A DNA stretch of 64,000 bases, from positions 96,001 through 160,000 of the IMG/VR virus record IMGVR_UViG_3300037067_027643; one strand, 5' to 3'. The stretch comes from a virus (lineage: Duplodnaviria > Caudoviricetes). How positions within the stretch are numbered: position 1 is the stretch's first letter; each line of letters begins with the position of its first letter. The notes below the pieces were generated by a model. It searched no databases. It saw only the letters and a list, made by a program, of their open reading frames with translations, and was not told the DNA's origin. A program made the translations under genes and the position numbers. Positions 56,573 to 64,000 of the stretch are shown piece by piece.

Positions 56573-58046
56573 CCCAATGTGCTTAATTGATGGATACAAA
56601 GCAGATCACAGAAGGCAGTATCCAGAAGGAACAGAATATGTTTATTCAAATTTTACTCCTAGAATGAGTAGACTTAATGGAGTCAATGAAATTGTATTTT
56701 TTGGTCTACAATATTTTATTAAAGAATACTTAATTGACAGATGGAATACTGGATTTTTTAATAAACCTAAAGAAAAAGTATTAGCCGATTATAAACGCAG
56801 AATGGATAATTATTTAGGTAAAGATGCTATACCAATAGAACATATTGGAGAATTACACGATTTAGGTTATTTACCTATTCAAATTAAAGCATTACCAGAA
56901 GGAACATTATGTCCAATAGGAATTCCATGTTTAACAATTATCAATACAATTCCAAAATTCTTTTGGTTAACAAATTATTTTGAAACATTATTAAGTAATG
57001 TACTTTGGAAACCTATTACCTCAGCAACTACAGCTCGTCAATACCGTAAAAGATTTGAAGAATATGCTAATAAAACTGGTTATGATAAATCATTTATTCA
57101 ATGGCAAGGACATGATTTTAGTTTTAGAGGAATGAGTGGAAATGAAGATGCTTTAATGAGTGCCGCTGGACATTTACTTTCATTTACAGGAACAGATACA
57201 ATTCCAGCAATTGACTTCCTAGAAATGTATTACAATGCAGATTCGACTAAAGAACTAGTAGGAGGTTCGGTTCCAGCATCTGAACATAGTTGTATGTGTT
57301 TAGGAGAACAGGAAGGAGAGATTGAAACCTTTAGAAGACTTATTACTAAACTATATCCAAGTGGTGTCGTTAGCGTTGTCAGCGATACATGGGATTTTTT
57401 TAAGGTAATGACTGAATATCTACCGGAATTAAAGGAAGAAATCTTAGCAAGAGATGGAAGATTGGTTATTAGACCTGATAGCGGAGATCCAGTTAAAATT
57501 ATTTGTGGAGATATGGAAAGTCCAGAATCTATGATTACAGAAAGCCAAAGAAAAGGTGCGTACGAAATACTTTGGGATATATTTGGTGGTACTATTAATG
57601 AAAAAGGATATAAAGTACTTAATCCTAAAGTTGGAATGATTTACGGCGATTCTATTACATTAGATAGACAAAAACAAATACTTGAAAGATTAGAAACGAA
57701 AGGATTTTCTGCTAGTAATTTAGTATTAGGTATTGGTTCATTTACTTATGAGTATGTTACAAGAGATACATTTGGATTTGCTATGAAAGCTACTTGGGGA
57801 CAAGTAAATGGAATAGCTAAAGATATTTTCAAAAACCCAAAAACCGATTCTGGATTTAAAAAATCTGCAAAAGGTTTATTAATGGTTTATTCTGAAGATG
57901 GAATATTAAAATTAAAAAATCAATGTACTCCAGAAGAAGAAACTCAAGGACTACTACAAGAAGTATTTAAAGATGGAGTATTATTAAAAGATTTTACTTT
58001 ATCAGAAATAAGAAATAATGTTTTAAGTAATTTATCAAAATATTGA
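56556..58046 (+). CDS. nicotinamide phosphoribosyltransferase-like protein (candidate NARP1 Namat)
   Basis: DGYK..H..QYP, HDFSFRG, SVPASEHS, VSDTWD, RPDSGDP, IYGDSIT, TRDT.GFAMKAT. Confidence 0.92.
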   Translation: MITSINPMCLIDGYKADHRRQYPEGTEYVYSNFTPRMSRLNGVNEIVFFGLQYFIKEYLIDRWNTGFFNKPKEKVLADYKRRMDNYLGKDAIPIEHIGELHDLGYLPIQIKALPEGTLCPIGIPCLTIINTIPKFFWLTNYFETLLSNVLWKPITSATTARQYRKRFEEYANKTGYDKSFIQWQGHDFSFRGMSGNEDALMSAAGHLLSFTGTDTIPAIDFLEMYYNADSTKELVGGSVPASEHSCMCLGEQEGEIETFRRLITKLYPSGVVSVVSDTWDFFKVMTEYLPELKEEILARDGRLVIRPDSGDPVKIICGDMESPESMITESQRKGAYEILWDIFGGTINEKGYKVLNPKVGMIYGDSITLDRQKQILERLETKGFSASNLVLGIGSFTYEYVTRDTFGFAMKATWGQVNGIAKDIFKNPKTDSGFKKSAKGLLMVYSEDGILKLKNQCTPEEETQGLLQEVFKDGVLLKDFTLSEIRNNVLSNLSKY

Positions 58047-58050
58047 TAAT

Positions 58051-58299
58051 ATGATAATAGAAATAGATAATATAAAATACATCAAATATTTTAAAGAAAA
58101 AGGTAGTAAAGATTATAAATTTTCTGATAATGGAAATCTTACCTATATAACTAAAAGAGGATCTTTTTCTGTTTGTTGTGGACATACAATTGATGATAGT
58201 GATCAATTATGGGGTAATGCCTATAAATATAAAACTATTATTAAAGAAACTAACGAATATTTAATTATTGGAATGGATCCAGAATATTTAATAGAATAA
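58051..58299 (+). CDS. hypothetical protein
   Basis: Last ORF before terminator. Confidence 0.55.
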   Translation: MIIEIDNIKYIKYFKEKGSKDYKFSDNGNLTYITKRGSFSVCCGHTIDDSDQLWGNAYKYKTIIKETNEYLIIGMDPEYLIE

Positions 58300-58329
58300 C
58301 ACTTCATATTTTTATTTTCTTAATTTAAC

Positions 58330-58365
58330 AAGATCCATTGGAATTAATTTTTCGGTGGATTTTTT
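58330..58365 (+). terminator. intrinsic terminator ending early operon
   Basis: AAGATCCATTGGAA...TTCGGTGGATTTTTT hairpin with G-U pairs and T tail. Confidence 0.65.
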
Positions 58366-58381
58366 GTTTTTAAATCTTTTT

Positions 58382-58391
58382 ACTATTTATA
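58382..58391 (+). promoter_or_regulatory. putative late promoter (ACTATTTATA)
   Basis: Upstream of neck operon. Confidence 0.65.
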
Positions 58392-58436
58392 TAAATATAA
58401 TGTATTAAACTTTTTTATAATAGATAGTAAAATAAC

Positions 58437-59654
58437 ATGGCAGAATACATAGATAATCAATATCCAAATGAAATTATTATTCCTGTTTGGGATAACAACC
58501 CACAAGCTATTCATCCAAATCAAAAAGCTACACCATGGGGATATTATGATGCCGATCCATTGTTTCAATGTGATGCTGTAAAATTCTCTCTTTGGGCTGC
58601 TGGAAGATTGGGATTTCCACAGATGGAAGTAGAATTGCAATCTGGAAGTTTCTATGCTTGTTATGAAGAAGCTATTAACGAATACTCTTCTATTGTAAAT
58701 CAGTTCAACATGCGTGAAAATATGTTAACCTTACAAGGAAGTGAATTCAGTGTAAGTACGAATTTATCGCAACAGGTAGTAAGACCAAATTTAGGAAGAG
58801 TAATTCAAATAGCAACAGAATATGGAACAGAAGCTGGAAGTGGTGGAGATGTAGCTGTTTATTCAGCATCTATACAAGCATTTCCGGGTACTCAGGTATA
58901 TGATTTAGAAGCTTGTGTTTCACAATCTATGTATGATCAAGGAATTACAGATAAAGGAATTGAAAATAATATAGAAATTAGACAGGTATTTCAGTATGCT
59001 CCTCCTGCTATTAATAGATATTTTAATCCATTTATAGGAACAGGGAATCAATATTTAATGAGTAGTTTTGGATGGGATAAAATAAGTGGAGTAAACTATA
59101 TTATGATGCCACTTAGTAATGATTTACTTAGGGTACAAGCTATTAAGATGAGTGATCAAGTAAGAAAAAGTGCTTATTCATTTCAAATATTAGATAATAA
59201 GATTAGAGTATTTCCAAAACCATTAGATTTTATGACTATTTGGTTTAGCTTTATTTTTAAAAGTGATAGAAACTCTACAATGTTTCCTACTGCTAACGAT
59301 GGTTCTACATTTATATCTGATATGAGTGATGTACCCTACGGATTAATGCGTTATGGCGGAATTAATATGCCGGGTAAACAATGGATAGCAAAATGGGGAT
59401 TAGCATTAAGTAGAGAATTATTAGGAGCTATAAGAAGTAAATATACAAGTGTACCAAGTTTAAATGAAGGTATTACATTAGATGGAGAAGCATTAAAAGC
59501 TCAAGCAGCGACAGAAAAAGAAATATTACTTACAGAAATAAAAGATACATTGGAAGCTATGAGCAAAAAAGTACAATTGGAAAATAAAGCAGCAGAAAGT
59601 GAACAAGTTAAAAATATATTAAACAACGTACCGATGCCAATTTATATCGGGTAA
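58437..59654 (+). CDS. neck / head-tail adaptor (T4 gp13-like)
   Basis: RLGFPQMEVEL, LG.IRSKY, ITLDGEAL, PMPIYIG. Confidence 0.8.
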   Translation: MAEYIDNQYPNEIIIPVWDNNPQAIHPNQKATPWGYYDADPLFQCDAVKFSLWAAGRLGFPQMEVELQSGSFYACYEEAINEYSSIVNQFNMRENMLTLQGSEFSVSTNLSQQVVRPNLGRVIQIATEYGTEAGSGGDVAVYSASIQAFPGTQVYDLEACVSQSMYDQGITDKGIENNIEIRQVFQYAPPAINRYFNPFIGTGNQYLMSSFGWDKISGVNYIMMPLSNDLLRVQAIKMSDQVRKSAYSFQILDNKIRVFPKPLDFMTIWFSFIFKSDRNSTMFPTANDGSTFISDMSDVPYGLMRYGGINMPGKQWIAKWGLALSRELLGAIRSKYTSVPSLNEGITLDGEALKAQAATEKEILLTEIKDTLEAMSKKVQLENKAAESEQVKNILNNVPMPIYIG

Positions 59655-59660
59655 AACAAG

Positions 59661-60278
59661 ATGGAAAACAGACAAATTCTTAGACAAATAACAGCTAATT
59701 ACAAAAAACTACAGGAATATCCATTCATGAGTATTCATCCTGAAATAATGGCTAATCGTTTAAGATATCAATCAGAATTAGATAAATTATTTAATGAATT
59801 TGGAATACATGGAGCGATGTTAGATAATACAACAATTGATAATAATGCTTTAATTAAATTAATGAAAAGATTAAATAACTTTTTAAATAAATACAAAATA
59901 AAAGATATTGACCCAATGAGTACTAAACAATTAGAAATGGAACAACAGGTTCATCGAGAACTTTATAAAATGATGAATGAAGTAGAAACAGATAATAAAG
60001 AAGCTAATAAAGATGAAAAACTTGAACAATTACTAAATGATATGAATGATATTTCTACTTTACTTTCTAAAAAATTTAATGAACTTAAAAAGAGCGAGGA
60101 ACAATTAATAGCAGCTAATACATCAGAAGATGAATATGGAACAATACAATCAGAAAACATGAAAGAATCATTAAGTTCAATTAAGAAAACATTAGTAAAC
60201 TTAGGTAAGACATATCAATTCTTTTTGACTTATATTGAAAAATATGGGTATTCAACAACAAAAAATAAGGAGAATTAA
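59661..60278 (+). CDS. hypothetical helical protein
   Basis: ORF in neck operon. Confidence 0.55.
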   Translation: MENRQILRQITANYKKLQEYPFMSIHPEIMANRLRYQSELDKLFNEFGIHGAMLDNTTIDNNALIKLMKRLNNFLNKYKIKDIDPMSTKQLEMEQQVHRELYKMMNEVETDNKEANKDEKLEQLLNDMNDISTLLSKKFNELKKSEEQLIAANTSEDEYGTIQSENMKESLSSIKKTLVNLGKTYQFFLTYIEKYGYSTTKNKEN

Positions 60279-60280
60279 AG

Positions 60281-60823
60281 ATGTGTGCTATGTGGGGTAG
60301 TAGTCGTGATGTAAGTTTCTTTAGACAAATAAATAGAGAGATGTTCGGTAGAATACTTCAACAAGAAGTAGATATTTATAAAGCGGCTATATATCAAGAA
60401 GATATTAATTTATATGGAGAAACTTTAAATAAATTATTTTTTAAAGGTGTTAGATTAGCTGGACTAGTTGGTACAGAAACAGAAACAGTAGATTATGAAG
60501 AAAATAATTTAGATACCGGACAAAATTCAATATTTAGATTTTTAAGGGATGATTTAAAAGCAAGAAATATAGTATTAGATATAGGTGATATAATTCATTG
60601 GGATAATAAATATTGGGAAGTAGATAATACAAATGAAAGCAATTATTTTATGGGAAGAAATCCAGATACTAATAAATCAATTGGAAGTGGATTTGGATGG
60701 AATATATCAATTGTTTGTCCTTGTCACTTAACCAAGAAAAGTACAATTAGTAAATTAGAAAAAGTTAGAGCTGGTAAGAACACTCAAAATAAATCAACTA
60801 AAAAGAAAAACAATCTATACTAA
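60281..60823 (+). CDS. neck / head closure protein (T4 gp14-like)
   Basis: NLYGE, F.FLRDDL, IGDII.W...YWEV; synteny. Confidence 0.7.
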   Translation: MCAMWGSSRDVSFFRQINREMFGRILQQEVDIYKAAIYQEDINLYGETLNKLFFKGVRLAGLVGTETETVDYEENNLDTGQNSIFRFLRDDLKARNIVLDIGDIIHWDNKYWEVDNTNESNYFMGRNPDTNKSIGSGFGWNISIVCPCHLTKKSTISKLEKVRAGKNTQNKSTKKKNNLY

Positions 60824-60835
60824 TATATATTATAA

Positions 60836-61636
60836 ATGACTCCAAGAACACCTAAAATAAAATCTCAAACTGAATTATCCTCAGGAAAACCTGATAAAAG
60901 GATTCGTGCAAATGATATTCGTAGAGATGAAGATACACATGGAGATTTAAGAATTGGATTATATGACATAGATGGTTGCATTCAATATTACTTTGACAAT
61001 GTTATTAAACCAAGAGTAATGGAAGGAGATGAAGTAATTGATGTTCCTTGTTTATTTAGCAATCCTGAACGTTGGGTATCAGTACAAAGAGATGGATATT
61101 ATAGGGATACAAAAGGAAAGATTCAATGTCCTCTTATCATGTTAAAAAGAACAAGTATATCAAAGAATAGAGATTTAGCGAGAAACATAGATGCTAATAT
61201 GCCAAGAGTGATAAGAACATTTACAACCAATTATTCTAAAAAAAATAATTATGATGCTTGGAGTGTATTAACAAATACAAAAAAAACTAAAGAACAATAT
61301 AATGTAGTAATTCCTGATTATGTAAAACTTACCTATGAATGTATGATTTGGACTTCTTATATCGAACAACTAAATAAGGTACAAGAAGCGATTAGTTATG
61401 CAGAAAGTTCATATTGGGGAGATCCAGATGAGTTTAAATTTTTAGCTGTAATAAATGAATTTAGCAATCAAACAGAAGTAAGTGATGGTAAGGATAGAAT
61501 GATAAGATGTAATTTTACTATTAATTTGAACGGATATATAATATCCAATGCATTACAGAAACAGATTAATGAATATCAAAAGAACTTTACTACACAAATT
61601 ATTAAAATTGATGGAAAGATTATAGGAGAGCAATAA
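60836..61636 (+). CDS. tail terminator / sheath stabiliser (T4 gp15-like)
   Basis: VP......PERW, PLI..KR, P.YV.LTY...IWT; synteny. Confidence 0.7.
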   Translation: MTPRTPKIKSQTELSSGKPDKRIRANDIRRDEDTHGDLRIGLYDIDGCIQYYFDNVIKPRVMEGDEVIDVPCLFSNPERWVSVQRDGYYRDTKGKIQCPLIMLKRTSISKNRDLARNIDANMPRVIRTFTTNYSKKNNYDAWSVLTNTKKTKEQYNVVIPDYVKLTYECMIWTSYIEQLNKVQEAISYAESSYWGDPDEFKFLAVINEFSNQTEVSDGKDRMIRCNFTINLNGYIISNALQKQINEYQKNFTTQIIKIDGKIIGEQ

Positions 61637-61638
61637 AA

Positions 61639-62262
61639 ATGGACCAATACCACAATAAATTAGCCTTTTACACTAGAGATAAACGTTTATATATTCTCAT
61701 AATAGATAATGTCAATAATAGTACTGGTATGGTCTATTTCAAACCTAATGAAGCTTATAGACTAAGAACCGATTTAACCTTTGGTCAATATGAAACTACT
61801 AAAACAAATCTTTCAAATTTTCCAATTGGAATGAAGATGGATCGATTACCGGGTGGAAAAGCTATATTAATGGAAACAGTTAAATACTCAAATGTTCCTA
61901 CACTTTTACAATCAGAAAAACTTAGACAATGGTTAGCTAATCGTTTTAATTATGAATCTAAACGACAAAAATTAGAAAAATTAATAGAAAATACAATTAG
62001 ACGAATATTAAAAGAAGAAAGTGCATTAGTAGCTCCTAATAAAAATTTATGTTTAACTGATTTTAATGCTGTTATTAATTTAGGAGATAAACTTCAAAAT
62101 ATCACAACTGGAGTAGAATTTACTGTTGATAGTATAGAAAATGGAATCTTAACAGGAACAATAATTCAATCTGGATATGAATCACTTTCACAACTTGGAA
62201 AAGAAATTAAGGTTGGATTAAATCTTATTGGAAATAAATACAAAATAGTAAACAAAAAATAA
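61639..62262 (+). CDS. putative internal head protein (internal leader motif)
   Basis: KLEKLIENTIRRILKE. Confidence 0.5.
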   Translation: MDQYHNKLAFYTRDKRLYILIIDNVNNSTGMVYFKPNEAYRLRTDLTFGQYETTKTNLSNFPIGMKMDRLPGGKAILMETVKYSNVPTLLQSEKLRQWLANRFNYESKRQKLEKLIENTIRRILKEESALVAPNKNLCLTDFNAVINLGDKLQNITTGVEFTVDSIENGILTGTIIQSGYESLSQLGKEIKVGLNLIGNKYKIVNKK

Positions 62263-62266
62263 ATAA

Positions 62267-62539
62267 ATGGAAACAAAAAAAGTATCATCAGAAGATTTAA
62301 AAAAATTAACAGACTTAGAAGAAACTTATCAACGTATAACTATCGAACTTGGTCAGAACTATGTAGAAAAAATGTTAACTGAAATACATTTAAATGATCT
62401 ATTAACAGTAGAAGAAAATTTAAAAAATCTTTGGTTTGAAACAGAAAAAACACAAGATGAACTACATAAATATTTTACTAAAACTTACGGCGAAGGTGAA
62501 ATAAATATCGAAACAGGAGATTGGACACCAAAAATCTAA
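62267..62539 (+). CDS. small coiled-coil protein
   Basis: ELGQ...YGEGEINIETG. Confidence 0.6.
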   Translation: METKKVSSEDLKKLTDLEETYQRITIELGQNYVEKMLTEIHLNDLLTVEENLKNLWFETEKTQDELHKYFTKTYGEGEINIETGDWTPKI

Positions 62540-62578
62540 AATTATTTTCGTTACTCTTAATTTTTACAAAAATTTTTT

Positions 62579-62588
62579 ACTATTTATA
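62579..62588 (+). promoter_or_regulatory. putative late promoter (ACTATTTATA)
   Basis: Upstream of tail sheath. Confidence 0.65.
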
Positions 62589-62637
62589 TAATATAAAAAA
62601 TTTTTTATTTAATAACTAAAATTAGGAGTAATTATTC

Positions 62638-64000
62638 ATGAGTCAAGAAAGAATTGTCAGTCCTGGTGTATTTACGAGAGAAAATGATATCACGTATTTA
62701 CCTCAAGGAGTTGGAGAAATTGGAGCAGCTATTATAGGACCAACAGAAAAAGGTCGAGCATTTGTTCCAGAAAAAATATATAGTAACACAGAGTTCACAC
62801 AAAAATATGGTGGTAAGACTGACGAGTCTTATACCGCTTTTGCTGTAGAATCTTATTTACAAGATGCAGGTAATATTACAGTAACCAGAATACTTGGATT
62901 AGATGGATATACCGAAAACACAATACCATTAATTATCAATACCACAACCGGAAGTTTCTTAGCTGGAGTATTACATCCAAGTAGAACAGTTGATAGTGAT
63001 ACTGCGTTTAAATCTACATTCTTAGCAAGTGCAAGTTTTTCTAGTTCATACAACGGATATGATTATGCTGGTAGTGCTATGACAACTTTAAATGTTAATA
63101 TCAATAAAGGTGGTACATTATTAGTAAGTGGGTTAGCAGGAACATTAGCAGGAACATTCTATAGTGCAAATTCAGATGGAATGATTATCAGTGCTAGTGG
63201 AGCTAATATCGTAGTAAGTGGTTCTCTTAGTGGATCTGTAATAGGATCTGTAATAGGATTAGAAAACGGAACAGCAATAACAGAATCAAGTTATACATTT
63301 ACTGGTAGTTTATTTAGTGGTAGTATAGGTGGAGCAGCTAACTTAGAAGTAGTTGACGGATTATTTGGTGTATCTACTGTAACTACATCAACAGTAGCAA
63401 GTGGTTTATATACAATGACAGCAGGAACTACAAGTGGATCAGTTTCTACAGTAGCAGCTCATTTTACATCATCGGTAATACCAGATGCAGTTGGAGCAGC
63501 TTTTGTAAAAGGAAATAATATTATATTTGCTAGTGATTTCTTTTTTACATTAAAAGATGATCAATACCCATTATCATTAGATCCAACTAGTGTAAATTAT
63601 ATTGGTAAAGTTTATGGTTATAGCCCTAAAACAACATTAAATACTTCATTTGCAGAAGATAAAGATAAAGCTTATAATTATTTATTATTTGAAAATAAAT
63701 TAACATCATTAGTAGGATTAGATACCAATGCAACTGTATCTACTGCATCGGTTAATATTAATTTATTAGGTGACCAATACATGCCAGCAGAAACTCCTTG
63801 GATTACTTCACAAATATTAGGTGGTAAAGCGCATAATTTATTTAAAGTAGTTACATTAGGTGATGGTAATTATTCTAATAGTGAAATTAAAATTGGTATT
63901 CTTAATGTTAAAAAATCCGGTGAAGTAGGTGGAACAAATTATGGTTCATTTAGTTTAGTTGTAAGAACAGTAAGTGACACAGATAAACAACAAAATGTTA
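62638..64000 (+). CDS. tail sheath protein (gp18-like), partial
   Basis: MSQERIVSPGVFTREND...GAAIIGPTEKG.AFVP; AGGAG SD; open to window end. Confidence 0.9.
   Translation, partial: MSQERIVSPGVFTRENDITYLPQGVGEIGAAIIGPTEKGRAFVPEKIYSNTEFTQKYGGKTDESYTAFAVESYLQDAGNITVTRILGLDGYTENTIPLIINTTTGSFLAGVLHPSRTVDSDTAFKSTFLASASFSSSYNGYDYAGSAMTTLNVNINKGGTLLVSGLAGTLAGTFYSANSDGMIISASGANIVVSGSLSGSVIGSVIGLENGTAITESSYTFTGSLFSGSIGGAANLEVVDGLFGVSTVTTSTVASGLYTMTAGTTSGSVSTVAAHFTSSVIPDAVGAAFVKGNNIIFASDFFFTLKDDQYPLSLDPTSVNYIGKVYGYSPKTTLNTSFAEDKDKAYNYLLFENKLTSLVGLDTNATVSTASVNINLLGDQYMPAETPWITSQILGGKAHNLFKVVTLGDGNYSNSEIKIGILNVKKSGEVGGTNYGSFSLVVRTVSDTDKQQNV

Noticed and set aside
889-63053. Many short antisense or nested ORFs in the track (e.g. 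889, 3482, 5374, 6403, 8200, 13291, 18632, 24913, 36829, 38127, 46400, 55680, 58383, 62853)
   Set aside because: Shadow frames of well-supported genes with biased low-complexity composition and no promoters or RBS
1-64000. Stop-codon recoding (TAG/TGA) as in some Bacteroidota phages
   Set aside because: Core genes are full length and densely packed in code 11; reading through the TAG at 48188 hits TGA 12 codons later and does not join the next ORF
1-64000. tRNA, rRNA or group I intron
   Set aside because: No cloverleaf/T-loop signatures or unexplained long interruptions seen by eye; a covariance-model scan would be needed to exclude them fully

Overview
A very AT-rich 64-kb segment of a large T4-like (myovirus/jumbo) phage genome in standard genetic code. 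The host is most likely Bacteroidota: there are four TTTG-N20-TAnnTTTG promoters, a phage bS21, and SD-less early genes. Left half (minus strand): head module with major capsid, scaffold, prohead protease, portal (2 inteins), terminase (1 intein), ribosomal protein bS21 and about 20 small proteins sharing a leader ending in (I/V/L)-x-E, followed by beta-helix tail-spike/fibre genes. Centre: an RHH + TnpB cassette without transposase, bracketed by a duplicated gene start and promoter pair; a superfamily-A (TV-Pol-like) polymerase with a structured leader; PhoH; a gene flanked by heptamer arrays; a catalytically degenerate peptide deformylase; ClpP; a gp55-like late sigma factor; and baseplate-like genes. 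Right: an early operon with an HD hydrolase and a PRPP-synthetase-like/HAD/Nampt-like (NARP1-type) NAD module, then neck, tail-terminator and partial tail-sheath genes. Best leads: (1) TnpB as a possible RNA-guided homing cassette that repairs the gene it interrupts; (2) a portable capsid-targeting/protease-cleavage tag on at least 17 unrelated cargo proteins; (3) a possible bS21-driven switch to Shine-Dalgarno-dependent late translation. All family calls are from motif recognition by eye; no searches were run.
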